From assembly GCF_002571385.2 (NCBI RefSeq), contig NW_019218042.1, positions 1 to 64,000 of the forward strand: DNA of 64,000 nucleotides. The letters are read 5' to 3'. The notes below the pieces were generated by a model, which did no database searches, had not been told where the DNA came from, and was given only the letters and a program-made list of their open reading frames with translations. This document shows, piece by piece, positions 33,067-48,850 of the stretch; the first letter of the stretch is position 1, and every line of letters begins with the position of its first letter. The position numbers were made by a program, and so were the translations under genes. The stretch comes from Stylophora pistillata (taxonomy: Eukaryota).

Positions 33067-36000
33067 ATGGCGAAGCTGCTTCTCCTGTGTTTTTTCGCTT
33101 TTAGTTTATCCCTTAAACAGAGTGAATCGTCCAATTGGTGGAGTCCCTACAAATGGCGGCATTACTGGGAGGATTGGTGGGAAAAACTCGGAGAAGTCGG
33201 TCAAAGCGAAGGTATTCCATCTGGGCAACAAAAACCAGAACTTGTTCCAAACGCTGACGGGTAAGTGAAAATGCCGTTACTGTTAAAGGAAAAGATTGTT
33301 CGTGTTGACGAGTGCAGCATGATAGCGCACGAGTTAGTACTCTAATGACGACTAACGTCAGTGAAAATATTAAGGAGTTTGTTCTTCATCAGTTGTAGGG
33401 CTGAACCATAGGTCGCCCTTTCCGTGCCTTGTTATTTCCGCTGTCCAACCTTCAACAAATCACACTTATACAGGGTTTTTAAATCTTAATGCTTTTCGTT
33501 TCCTCTCTCTGAAATCGTCCAAAGAATATGAATAAGAAGATCACTCTTAGTTTTATCTCTGGGGCTATAAAGAGTACGATAAAATCTTCTTTCAAATCGA
33601 TTATGGGGATCTTCGAATGGTTATTGTTATGATGGTAATATCTAAAAGATTTGTGGAATTTGGCAGCGATAAAAACCATGACAAATTTTTGTGTGGGCTT
33701 AATGCATTATATTAAAGGTCTTTAAAATTCACCACGCAATCATCAAAGAAAATTAAATCTATACACAAACATGGTCAACTCAGCCTTTATGTAAAATCGC
33801 CTTTCTTATCATAAATTGCACAACTACACCATCTATATCTTGCGTAGGGTATGAAAATGATAATTGTTTTGTTTGTCCACACCGGAAGAGCTTCTCCTGA
33901 GACCATAGGGTATCTGTATAAGTGTTCACCTACGCATTTCAACATGAAGGTCACGTTTTCACTCCTATTTATTTCATTATGAAAGCTGGAAAATCAATCT
34001 TCTCTTGACCCTTGTGATATTCCTTAGGGTTTGCTCTGAGAATCTCTTGTTACCGATAGATCTGAGCTAAGCTGCTTAAAACCATCACGGTCTGTGTGAT
34101 GCATGTAAGATCTTTCTATTTCAGTTCGATTCGGCTTATGACCACCGTCGCCGCAACTTTTCTCTTCCCCTCTTACTGTGTCTCCTACCCCAAGATCTTT
34201 TTACAGGGGGGGGGGGGGAGCGCAGTATCTCTTCGCTTCTCGAGTGACTTCTATCTCTGCACAGTGTTGCGCAACAACAGCTGTTAACTGATGAGAATTA
34301 CACACACCTTTTGCCCTCGGAAGTGCAGTTTGACACCCCGCCCGCGCCCGCCCCACAGTATTAGAAGGGGATGGGGTGGATGAAAACGCATTCGGTTTTC
34401 TCTACTGTGCAAGTGCCCCTCCTCGGACGTACGACAAGCTCTTTGCACTTGCCCACACTCGCTTAAAAAAAAAAAAACAATGATGATACCAAGAGAAAAA
34501 AACCTCCAAAATGACGCCTCCTCTGCAAGCTAGGTTCCTTGTGTATTTACGATTCATATTTTCGAAATACTTTTTCGATCAATTGATTAGGCTCGATTTC
34601 CGCCGCTCTCTTGGGTGCGATCTTTTTCGTTCCTTGCCAAGAAGAGACGGTTGAACGTACGAGCAGCCATCCACCGCTTCGGGCAGGAGCGCGGGCTCAG
34701 GTTCCCAAACGGCGGCTGGTCATCGAGCTTATCAATTGATGGCCTGCTATGAAATCCAAAAGTTGAGGTTAAAAAGGTTATGAGCTATGAATATTAAAAA
34801 AATTTCCTTACAGCGGCACGTGTGTCGTGAAGTCACTCAACACGGAGAAGCTCTTTGAAAATTTCAATTTTTTTCTCACTGAAATGAACTTTTTACCTTC
34901 TAAAGCTTACTTTCTGTTTGCTTCTGTTGAATCCTTCTTGTGGAAATTAATCCATTGGATTCAAAATATTTTCCTCCTGAAGTATTTAACTTTCGAAAAA
35001 TTTCCAACGTGCCAACTACCTAACAAAATCACGTACTTTTCTAATTATTCAAATTACGACATTGTCCGCTTCTGTTCTTCTCTTTTCCTTGTTAGGCCAA
35101 ATGTTTGTACACACAAAATTCCGGTAGGAATATTTCGAAAATGCAGAAAAATACCCGGAAAACGAAGATTGCAGTGCAGGTATAGTTGCCTCGTCTATTT
35201 CATCAGTTCTTGCGTTTACTAGAAGTGATTAAATTGTGGAAAACTGTTGTAATTTTGTGGCGTAAGATTGATTCTTTCGGAAGTAAACTTATCGTATATT
35301 GACCAGCTGAACTTTTTTTTTATCTCCTGCAACGCAGAACCGAGCAACATTTTCTGACAGAATATCGTTGTTGTCCCGGATATGCTAGAGAGAATGGAAG
35401 TCCCGGATGTCCAAAAGGTAGGTGCAGTCCATTGACAGAAGCCTGCAAAGTAAACTTCTCAATAGGAACATTAGGAAGCGAAGTAGAGTTAAAAAATTGA
35501 GTGACGCGCGTGACCTGGACACAACTGGCTTAGGTTTCCGTCTGATTGGTCCAAAGGATGGTAGATGTTTCTCGGCCAATCAAAAAGTGAAGCGCTTTTC
35601 GATGCTGATTTGAAATGTGCTTTGCTATATCATTAATTTGTAGATTCTCCTCATTGATTTTGTCATATGTATTTTCTTTCCAGAGCTCTACACGTCGGAC
35701 AAGGACATAGTTGAAGTGGCTGAATCCCTCAGTTTAAGTGAATTTGCCAATTTAATGAAGATATCTGGTCTCTCCTCTGAGCTGCTGGAGTCTGGTAAAC
35801 GGTATACAGCTTTTATTCCCTCCAACCAAGCATTCTCTTCACTGAAACCAGAAATTCTACAAGAGTTGAAAAGTAATAAGGAGATACTTCGCGAAACGCT
35901 GCTGTTGCACATAGCTTCTGGTAAGATTGTTACTGAGGTAATGAAAGACAACCAAAAGATAACTGCACTTGACGGCTCACAGTTGAGAATCAATGTGGCG

Positions 36001-39000
36001 GACGAAGGACAGGTAATCGAAACGTTGTCAGATTTCGTTTCTCCTTCCTTTCACTCTTCCTTCCCTTCCTTTCGTTCCTTCGTCCCTTCGTCACTTTGTT
36101 CCTTCGTTACTTTTTCCCTTGGTTCCTACCCTCCTTTGCTCCTTCGTTACTTTGTTCCCTCGTTTTTTCGTTCCCTCGTTCCTACGTTCTTTCGCTCCTT
36201 CGTTAATCCAATAATTTACATGCAGCACCACATGATTGATAACTCAACCGGAAGTAGGCAAACAAATAGGCCATGAGCCATGGCGTGCGTTGGGTTTATA
36301 TCGCATCGTTCGTTCCTTTTTCCTTTTGACTAAATTTGTCTTTTCCTACTTCTATTTCGCTACTTCGTTTTATTTCCTTTCCCCTTTTATATTGCCCTGT
36401 GTAATTTTTTCATTACATGCCTTTCATTCAAACCTTTTTTGACAGACAATTGTTATTCAAGGAGGAGAAATCGTTGTAGCAAACGAAGGAGCAAGCAATG
36501 GTATCATTCACATTATTGACCGAGTTCTGAGTCCAGCATCTGATAGCATTGGAGACATTTTGAAAAGCAATCCAAACTTCAGTATATTCTCACAGATGAT
36601 CGAGAATGCCGCAATGAACTTCACCAACATAACTTTGTTTGCACCGACTGATAAAGCGTTTGAAGTGATGGACCGCGAGAGACTGGAGACACTACTTTCC
36701 AATGAGGAATGCGTTGGGGTTCGTTTGAATTTTTTTCCTTCCTAGACGTAATTAACAGTTAACTCAATACTCTATCCAGCAAAAATGATATGAGAAAAAG
36801 ACAAATTTATCAGCTAGGTACTGATGTGAAATCCAATTTTCTTGTTTCGTTTACAAGGAGTGTCGAAGGGCTAACGCTCGGGAAAAAAAATGATTATGAA
36901 AAAGAAAAGCTTAATTTTTCTAGATGTAAACGCAGGTATGCATTATCTTTTCGTTAATGGAACCGTCACAGAAAAAAAAAATTAACAACATGTGGTGCCC
37001 AAATGGCACAAGTTAGTCAGCTTTGAAACTCTTTACGGTGGCCAGTTTACACTGTCAACTCAGTTGATAAAACCAAATTACCTTGTTACCGCCACCGATG
37101 CAGCACCACTGTCTCTTTGGAAAGTTACCCTCTTTATTCATTAACGAGGATATGTGCAGAGGCTAGAAGGGAGAGTTGGGACTTAGATCATGGTAGCTAA
37201 AGATTTAGGAAATGATTGTGAATCAGGGTTTTCATACTTTAACCGTTTACATCCGCACATCATTTCCTATATTCTCCATACTGTTCTCTTTACATTTCCA
37301 ATAGTTACTGACAAGGAGAATTTGATTAACAATCAAGAGCTTCAAAAGTTAGTGATCATTCCCTGTATGATTCTCATAACTTATATGTTTGATTCGGAAT
37401 GATGCTGTAAGAAGAATTTTGATACCAGTCTCTCTCCTGAAGTTAAAGCGTAAAAGGGGAGAGATTAACCTACTTTAGTGAAGTATGGGAAGATTGAACA
37501 CGGATTCCGAAAAAAGAAAAAAATGATTATGAAAAACAAAAGCTTAATTTTTCTAGATGTAAACGCAGGTATGCATTATCTTTTCGTTATTGGAACCGTC
37601 ACAAAAAAAAAAAAAAAATTAACAACATGTGGTGCCCAAATGGCACAAGTTAGTCAGTTTTAATCTAAGAGCTTAGTAATATCTGTTGCAGAAATTCATT
37701 AAATACCACATGCTACCCAAGTCAATCTACTCAGCTGCACTGGAAAACAGGCGATTCACCACTGTCGAGGGACACTTCATTGATGTTAGAATTAAGGGGG
37801 AGAAGGAGATCCTCGTTAATGACGCTAGCGTCACAGAGGCGGATATCAGTGGTAACAATGGTGTCGTTCATATCATTGGCAAAGTTCTCATGCCCGTTTC
37901 TGGTACGGTGTGTTCTTTTTAGGTTTAGAAATCGCCTTCGGTCTTTAGCCAATATGTGCCGAACTTTTGAATTTTTGCAGTCTTATTGCCACGCAACTCT
38001 GCGATGCACGAGGGTTTAAATACGAGAGGTCCGTCTCGCCTAAATACCTGGAGCTAGCGAAAGCGGGTTCCTTGGGAAAGCGAAGAGCGAGAGTTTGGAT
38101 GGAAAACTAGGATTAAGGCCATGGATTCGGGGATTTTGATCCTCCACTCATTCCTCCGTCCCGCTAGTCCGCGTTTGGCAGATCGAGAGGAATTGCCCGA
38201 AAGCTGACATTAGGGTCATGCAATCCTTAGAGCTTCACTTCTCACAGGCACAATGAACAAACACATCTTAAACGATTCAGTCAAAGGAGGCGAATCACAG
38301 ACAAATTCTCTAAGCTGATTTTCGTGTATTTTCATCACTGACTTTGCTTAATGGTAAACATATCTCGAACATTTATTTCCCTTCTTCTTGGAGCCATGAA
38401 CCTCTTGGAAGTGACGAAGGTGCTGAACCTTTCAACACTCGTTGAGTACCTCGAATTTACCGGCATCTCTGACACCTTGAGGGAAGAAAAGGGACCTTTT
38501 ACATTGTTCGCCCCCACTAACAAAGCTTTCGAGGCTTTACCCGAATCAACCAAGCAGGAATTACGGGCTGATCCCGCGAGGCTTAAACAACTGCTTGCCT
38601 ATCACTTGCTTACCGAGAGAAAGTGGACTTACGAATTTGGTAAGGATAACATGGTGATTTCTGTCAGCGAAGGCAAGAAACTGCGACTGAATTCATTTAG
38701 ATATGGAAAGGTATGCTTTACTTTCATTAATTGCTGTCGTTGAATGCCACGGAAATAATGTTTAGTTTGCGGTTTGTTTGGTTTTCAAATTGCTTTCTTT
38801 TTTTCTCTCCATGGGCGACAAAATGTACTTTTTTAAGGTCAGCCTTTTTCTGGTGTAGTCTTTTAGAGTTTTCCGCCTGTGAAATTCTTTCTTTCATTCC
38901 ATAGCGAGAATAACAAAGAAAGGATTACCAACTATCGTCTCTTGAAGACAGAATTCATTAGAGTAAATGGCCAGGCTTTTAGAACCCAATGATAATTTAT

Positions 39001-39939
39001 CTTGGGTAAACCGGCTTGAAAGTCGAGCCTGGATTATTATACAAGCGAATCATGCTTCGAACAACTCGCCCCAGATGTATTTCATACAACCGTAAGGGAT
39101 TTGTCGATCAGTTCAAATGGGGGAGTTGCTCTCGCGCTGACGGACTGGGAGTTGCTCTCGTATCCTTAAAACTTTTGTGCAATTTTAATAACCATGACTT
39201 TACATGGAGGGTCTGGGTAAGATAAGAAGGGTCTCATGAATGAATGACGTTACTTTACAGGGGAATAGCGTAGCTTTTAAGTAATTTACTTTTTGTTTCG
39301 AATCGCTACTCATGTTTGTAGGTACATTCCGTGAATGGCGCATGTGTGACCAAAGCTAACATCGAGGCTTGCAACGGCGTCATCCATGTTATTAATAAAG
39401 TCCTGTTGCCGCCGAGCAAAACGATTTACGAACTCATCAACTCCGACCCTCGCTTCGTTACCTTAGTAGAAGCCATTAACACAACCGCGCTCGTACCAGT
39501 CCTCCAGAATCCCGCGGCATCGTTGACTCTTTTCGCGCCGACGGACTGGGCGTTTGCCAATCTGGAGCTCAAATCTCCTGGATCAATGGAGAGTCTTCTC
39601 GCTTTCCCTGAAGAGCTGACAGAAGTTCTTAAACATCACATGGTGAATGGAACACTGTACACTTGCGGTATTCACTGCAAGTTCAGCTATTGGTCGTTCT
39701 TTAGCAACCACTTCTCCGTGTTTTCCATGGCCCGTGGGGTTCTCAGGATCCGTTATGCCTGGAACGGACGAGTTTACGTAAATAACATGCGCATTATTGA
39801 CCTGGATCTACCTGCCACAAACGGCGTTGTTCACGTGATCGATGACGTATTACAACTGTATCCACAGGAATTCCGCAAATGGAGGCGTGGGGTTCACAAT
39901 TACCGAGCGAGTCGCGGTAAAAAACATCGACACCACTGA
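33067..39939 (+). CDS. TGFBI/periostin-like secreted protein (signal peptide, EMI, 4 FAS1), 8 exons: 33067-33260, 35096-35179, 35338-35417, 35684-36012, 36446-36718, 37692-37902, 38394-38710, 39322-39939
   Basis: GPNVC and YRCCPGY...GCP EMI motifs; four T(A/L)FxP(S/T)x.AF or NG(V/I)(V/I)HxIxxVL FAS1 units; GT-AG junctions with matching phases. Confidence 0.9.
36882..37658 (+). repeat. ~140-bp direct duplication in intron 5 (36882-37021 and ~37518-37657)
   Basis: aaaaaaatgattatgaaaaa...ggcacaagttagtcag occurs twice, near-identical. Confidence 0.85.
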
Positions 39940-40265
39940 TGACATCCAGGAATTTCTTCACTTTGACAAAAAATTTGACAACTTCACCCTTGTAGTTCGC
40001 AGTTCTGGTGACTTTATGTATCGTAAAAGTTTTTTTTACTAGACTACAAAATTTTGTAATTTTGAATTCTTCTGCAACATTTGTTGCTTGTACTATATTC
40101 GGTTCTTTGTTTTTTAGTCACCGTGTTTTGTAACATTGATTTTTTTTTCATTTTTTTCACATTTTTCAATATGATCGCTCATAGCAATACCTTACTGTAT
40201 ATTCAGTGTAACATTTCTATCGTACATTTTTCCTCGAGTATTAAAGTCTGTAAATCGACTGCTCT

Positions 40266-40267
<2 letters not shown>

Positions 40268-40321
<54 letters not shown>
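40268..40321. repeat. Poly-T run (~54 nt) between convergent 3' ends
   Basis: Seen directly. Confidence 0.9.
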
Positions 40322-40322
<1 letters not shown>

Positions 40323-40381
40323 ACTCAGTTGCACCTCTGACGCCCAGGAATTTTCTTGACTACGTACTCGATGTACCAGTT

Positions 40382-43300
40382 CTAAATTTCAATTTCAAGA
40401 TGGCGGTTTCCATCACTAAACCAAATAAGGCGGTCGTCGCGAATGTGTCCAACAGAAAGCCGCTGATTCAGTGGCTTTACTGTTGCCTCGAAGTTGTAGC
40501 TTTTCTCGACTTGTACCGCAGGCTCATAAGAGCACTGCCCAGATCTCAGAGCGGCGGGAATCTCGAGCTGAGTTAGGTTGGCAGTGAAGTAACCATTCAC
40601 GGCCATAAATTTCTAGGAGATAACAAAAAAAAAAAAGAGAGAGAGAGAAAAGCGTAACGTCTAGTATGTCCCGATGCTCCAAATGCTAGGAAAAATCCTC
40701 GCGAGTAGCAATTTCTTTGTATCAAATGAGAAAAAAGGGGTAAAAATAGGAGAGTTTTGGGTACAACTTGCTGAGAGCGATTCATGACGAGTAATACACT
40801 GGATACAGGTGAAGGTGTTTTATCATTCACGGACACTATACCAGCTCCCTTCCCTCCCGTCCCCTCCCGTCCCCTCCCCGCTCCCGATTGCCTGACGGTG
40901 AAGGTTTCAATTACGGAAAGTTTAAGAAGAGATAGTGAGTTAAAAACAGACTGACCGGATATAAAATAGAAAGGATAATACAAGTTACGTTTACCTTCTC
41001 CGCGTCGTACAACATTACCAACCCGGAATAAACTGGCCAGTTAGGCGTACGAACAAACTCAGTTTTATTTACAGCATCCGTACTGAACTGAATGAAGCCC
41101 CACCTGTGGATGAAACAAAACTATCACAAATGGAAGGAAAAAGTTAAAAAGAAAAAACTAGGGCAGCTTGAAATGTTCCCATAAGTCTGCATGCATGACA
41201 TCTCATCAGTTGAGAAGGTCTTTTCGAAAACGCATGCATGCGTCAATTGTAGCGATCAAGCGCTTTACCACTGGCAGTTGTAAAACCAAAACCAAAGTAA
41301 TTACGACGGCCACTCAGAAGAAAGGAAAATATGCTGAGGAGGCGATGAAAACTCGAAGTAAGTAAGTACTAGCAAGTATAGTCACACAGCTTAAGGCGCT
41401 GGAAAACGCGGGCAACCAAGTTGTGATTTGTGTTTATTTTGCATCTGATCGGTAGGGAAAGCGGCGCGCGTTTCCTGGACCAATCACAGAACAAAATAAA
41501 GCAAAACCGATGCATTCCCGGATTACTCTCGACATAAAATTGCGAGAAAATATTGTCCTATGCGTAGCTGTTTACGCCTGAGAACTATTCGAGAGGCTTG
41601 AACTTTTCTCGGCAGTACCGGAACTACTCTTCTGCATTCTAACTCTCTACAAACTGAGCATTCATAATGTAAAATGGGTATGCATTAGGAACTAAACAGT
41701 TTTATGCACTTAAATGCGATTCAGAATAGCTGTTTTTGGAAAGTGAAGAGGGAGCGCCAGAAGTGATCCAGGATTGCTTCGCGTTTGTCTTACTTCGCTC
41801 GGTGATTGGTGTACAAAACTCGCGTCACCTTCTCAACCAATCAGATTCAAAACTGAAAACCAAGTGCGACCTAGCCATTTGTGTTTTCCCTCGATTTGAG
41901 CAGTTCGCTTGTTTTTCCTCTGAGTTTTCATTGGCTCCTTGTGTTCTCGTGATATTTTCCTAAGTTCTGATTGGCTGCTGCGATTACTTTAGTTTTGGTT
42001 TTACATCTAATTTAAAACAGAATAGGATTAATCTACTATCCGCGTTGGGTTGAAGCAACAGGGAGATCTTCTCGCATAAAATAAAAAACAGCCTAAAGTA
42101 TTGCGCTCGACGTCTCGAAAATTAGAGATAATTCATCCTACGAAGACTTCTGTTCGTGTGTTTGTTTTCTTTCTTTTTTAGGACACTCTGTTATCCTAGG
42201 TATGAGTGTACCAACCTCTCAGGAAGGTGCATGTTGATAGCATCTTGTGATGACCACACCCAGTTATCTTCAGGGACATTTGGAATCTGTACAAAGAGAA
42301 ACGTAAATTGCAAATTAAATGGTATCCCATGTTTCGGTTGTTTTTGCTGAAGGTGTATCCATTATTAAAGATAATTCTGAAGATATATGATCAATCCATT
42401 ATTTTTCTTACTTTAGAGTCACTATCAATGATTGATCATGAGATTTTAGTTAGTATACTGTTGGTCTTTGTTAGGGGCAATATCACTGTGATATCACAAC
42501 ACTGTACTAAGTGAAGAAGAACACCAACCTTTTCATAATGTCCACTGACATCCCTTACATGCCATTCAACCCTAAAAGAAAAATCACAGAGTGTCATTTA
42601 CCAATTAAGTGTCTTGCCTGAAAACACAGGAGTACACCCCTGACAACAACCTGCTAAAGTTAATCCTCCATTGATCTTTATTCCTTGGTGGAGCTGATGC
42701 TGTAGGACTGTGATCCACAAGGTTGCTGAAGGGAAGAGCTAACTCAACAGTCCAGAATTTATCTTAAATGTAAGACATGAAGATATAAAAAGAACACAAG
42801 AAATCACATTAGCTGATACGTCAACAAAAAATAAGACAGTTCCCGAATAAATGCGGAAAGTAATGCAAGATTGCATTGGTTTTGATAACCCTTTGACTCT
42901 AAGAGTGTCTAACATCTAATTTCTCCTTACAATATCACCCCTGAATCAAACATGTAGGCCACGAGATTAAAGGGAATGATCACTAACTGAAGAGGAATTT
43001 GATCATTAAAACAAATTCAATGTTCGTCCCTCTTTTTCAGAACAAATTTCAAGGACTTTTCCAGGACTTGAATTGATTTTTCCAGGACTCCAAATTTCAT
43101 CTTAAATCCTCTCATTCCCCACGATTTCAAGATCAATTCCCCTTACAGTCTTCATAAATTTATTAAAACGTTGATTCTGGAAACTTTATTGCTTCATTTA
43201 GGCAGATTTCCAGGACTTTCTAGGACTTTCCAGTCCTGGTAAATGTCAAAATAAAGTCTCACGACTTTCCAGGTTTCCCAGGACCCTTACGGACCCTGAA

Positions 43301-46300
43301 ATTCTTTTCAGCACCTTAAGGAACATATGGAGATCAGTATGGAGAATACACAAACTGAGGTTAGGGTGTAAAGTGTTAAACAAAGCTCTGTGATTGGTCT
43401 AAAAACTCACTAAAACCTCTCAACCAATCAATGCAAAGCTGAAATCATTATCATCATTTGGTCAATGGCAGCTCTGAAAAGAAGACTACGGCCAGAAATA
43501 GATTACAGTTAATTAATAATTACACCTCTGACACATCATAATATATCTTAAATCACCTTTAACCGAAGGATCGTCGACAGGTCCTGAGACATAAATAGCA
43601 CTTTTCATATTTGGCATCTCCCAACTGCTATTTGGTGTCCCACCATTCAGGTATGGCTGCAAAGAAATTTATACATTAACATAAGACTGTTCTATGTCTA
43701 GTTTTTATCAATCTATTGAGTAATACAGTTTTTTAGCCACCAAACATTTCCCATAGTAAGCAAACCCTTTACCTCCCAAATTAAAGGGAACAAAGGTAAA
43801 AGTGGTCTATACAATGTATGTATACATTTTCTTTTCTTCGTATATACATATAATATATATATATATACAATGTACGTTTTAATTCCTACAATTTGACAAG
43901 TGTAATGTGCTTTTGATCATTACATGTCAAAAAGTGCACTATAAATTAATTACTATTATTATTAGTTATTATGCATTATTTCACAGACAAGAGATGAGAA
44001 TTTGATGATTTATGAACCAGAGGTATTGAAACAGCCCTCAATTCATTTTCAATCCCATGTTTTATTAGATCCTATCAACTATGCTCAGCACACTGTTCAA
44101 AAACAATACCATATGAGAAATCCTTTCATGCAAGTGTCCTAATGGACATCCCTAATGTTGAAAATTGCCATTATAATATTACTAATGATCCATAATGTTC
44201 TATTCCCTTGATGTGTGTCTACTTAAATGAAAATTATCCGAGACATAAACTTAAGGCAAAAATAACAATTGATAAAAACACACATGAGCTAAGGTTTGAC
44301 CTTAGCAGTGTTGAATGACAAAACCTTGGCAGAGACTGGGCCTTAAGTGCACAGGAAATCCAACATTTACAAGCATTATGTTAATGCGGCATACATATTG
44401 GAACTGAACTATTGGTTTCCTTTCTACCTGTTTTTAACTCTCATTGTAAAATAATCCTGGCTAAAATACCTTGTTCAATTCAAGATCCCAGGTTGTGTTT
44501 ATGGCATTTATTTCAAATTCTTTGTACCTGACAGAAAACAATAATGGCTTGTTAACAAGCAAACTGTAAGCATTACTTATAAAAAATTTTTTAATTCTTA
44601 AAGTGAGAATTTAATAATTACAATTAACACATGTTGGAAACACTGCATCCTTACCAAAAACAATATGTATTAAAAAAAAAAATACCAGACAAGGGTAAGA
44701 AGAGTTGAGAAAATTTTTACCCGAATTGACCTTTCAAAGTGCTTTGTTTCCTTTTCAGTTTTATACTGAAAACAAGTATCATGAACTTTCAAACTTACCA
44801 ATGAGTGTCCCCATCTGGGTCCATGAAGACCTGAGAATATTTACAAGTGAACAAATACAGACATGTCTCCTTTAAATCTTTCTGTATTGCTAAGTTACAA
44901 GTAAAGGTGAGTAAATTTTGGAATATTTAACTATGAAATTCACTGAAAATCTTACCTCAAAGTCATTATCAAGAAACACTGCAAATGAATAAAAGATATA
45001 CACTTCATTGATTGCATTGCTGACTATACTGGTATTGTTTATAATGGTGGTTTATCATCAAAACTGGTAACCAGTATAAAACAACAGAAAATACTTTTTC
45101 CACTAGGGATGTGATTAAACCACAACATATCTACATACCTCTTACTAACCGAGTTTGAGGTCTGTAATGTAAGTAACCAACCCAGTTTTTTCTGCTCAGA
45201 TTTATAGCCCAAGTGCAAAGTAAGCAGGCCTAATAAATCTGGGCAGAAAAAATGAGATTCCACAATTTACACCACAGACCAAGAAAATAGGGCTAGTAAA
45301 TAACAATATCTCTTATATCTGTGAGTTCAAATAGAGGGAGATGTCAATTCAAACAAACTTTTGAATTTAGGGGGCTGTACAGTGAGATACAGCCTGCTAT
45401 ATTGACCAATCCTAATGCTCCTCTTCACTGAGTTGTAATATTAAATAAGATTATTCTTTCAACGTGTACGCAGAATCAATTTGAGTGTGGTACCAAAATG
45501 TTCCAATGATTTAACATTTCCTGATATTTACCTACAGAATCATGTTTCGTTTGATTTGCCCAGACATCAGTCTCCTGAAGAAATGCTCCAATGTACAAAT
45601 ACTTGTCATCCCACCTCATTTTGGCATGTGTTCTGAAGCGAGGTTTTTTCCAATCTGCTCCCTGAATATCTATTATGCAAATTACATAAAAACAGAGCTT
45701 TCAGTTCTCATGTACATGTTAGCACTGTGTTTTCTCTAATTTCCTCATTCTAGGTTCACTACATTAATCTCATGTTCCTCTCTAGCTCCCTGGCATAGAT
45801 GTCTATCCCTATAATGGAATTAAATTTCCAAACTCAGTCATTAATATTAAAGTTCTATCTCTGCCTTAAGATCGCAATTTGACGAACAACTCTGTGAAAA
45901 AACCTGTAAGCTGACAGTCCATGGACTTTTGGGAAGCTATCAACTGAGATTTCAGACTTTTTGTTGCCATTAATTCAATCTCTGATATATTTTGCCAATT
46001 CGTAACCTGTCAGTAGCATGTCAGTGGCCTTTTAATTATCTGTCAGACAACTGTCTCCTGACTGACTTTTTCAGGGAGTTGTTCTACACCATCACCGTAA
46101 GATCGGCTGTTTTCACTTTGCACAAGGTTAGAGTAGTTATGCTCATTAATCAAATCCAGCAGATACTTTGAACCTCAAGCATGCAGTACTAGTTTTATGC
46201 CTAGACTGTCACATGACCGAGTTCATAACTATTGGGATGATCTTTAACAATACTCGAATGCGACATTTCTTAACCAGAAGGACATTAATGCGCGTTACGC

Positions 46301-46680
46301 AGTCTGTGTGTAAATTCAATACTGCCTTGTCTACCTAGACTGCACTTTACAAACTCAGATCTAGCCGTAGAACGATTTCAGCTGGACAAGTTGCGACAAA
46401 TTCCACGGTCTTCATTTTATGTCAAACCGACGGAAACATCAACTTAAAAGAAATATATATTCTAATCACCAATAAAATCCTCTGTCCAGGATACAAGTGC
46501 CCACGCCTTATCGTCCAGTTTTCCATCAATATCAATAGTTTCTTGCTCGCCAAGGTGATAGACCACGTAACTACGCGGAAACGGAAGAATACATTCCGAT
46601 GGATAAGAGAGAGTGCTTCCGAACTGACATAACTCCAACACAGACCACAGAAAAAACTGACAGTAAAACAATTCCATCAC
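40382..46680 (-). CDS. Secreted CBM9-like (DOMON-like) carbohydrate-binding protein, ~11 exons
   Basis: Exons read PRSY...IDGKLDDKAW; DIQG...PRFRTHAKMRWDDKYLYIGA; DNDFE; VFMDPDG; YKEFEINAINTTWDL; PYLNGG; WTVELALPF...WRINFS; VEW; EDNWVWS...NMHLPE; WGFIQFS; GHIRDDRLIW, with GT-AG ends. Confidence 0.85.
43020..43298. mobile_element. hAT-like MITE in intron
   Basis: Repeated ttccaggact subterminal motifs and a terminal ggaccctg. Confidence 0.5.
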
Positions 46681-46978
46681 TCTATTTTCTGCTCATCGAC
46701 TTCCTTGATCTCGAACAATATTCTGCTCCGCATCAATTTTAAGACTAATCTCTCTCTATGGTACTAGTGGTAAGGGCTCTGCTCCGTAATTGTGAGCCAG
46801 CGATCTTTGCTCAGTGGAAATAGCATTGGTAAAAATAAGTATTGTGTTACTATCAACAAAGTATTTCAGATGATTAGCAACCAGGGCGTTTGACAGAAAG
46901 TAAAAGGCTCGGTCGCGCACGTTCTTCGTTGTTGTTCAAAGTAGAACGAGACTTGAGTGTTATTGCCAATTTTGCTAA

Positions 46979-48850
<1,872 letters not shown>

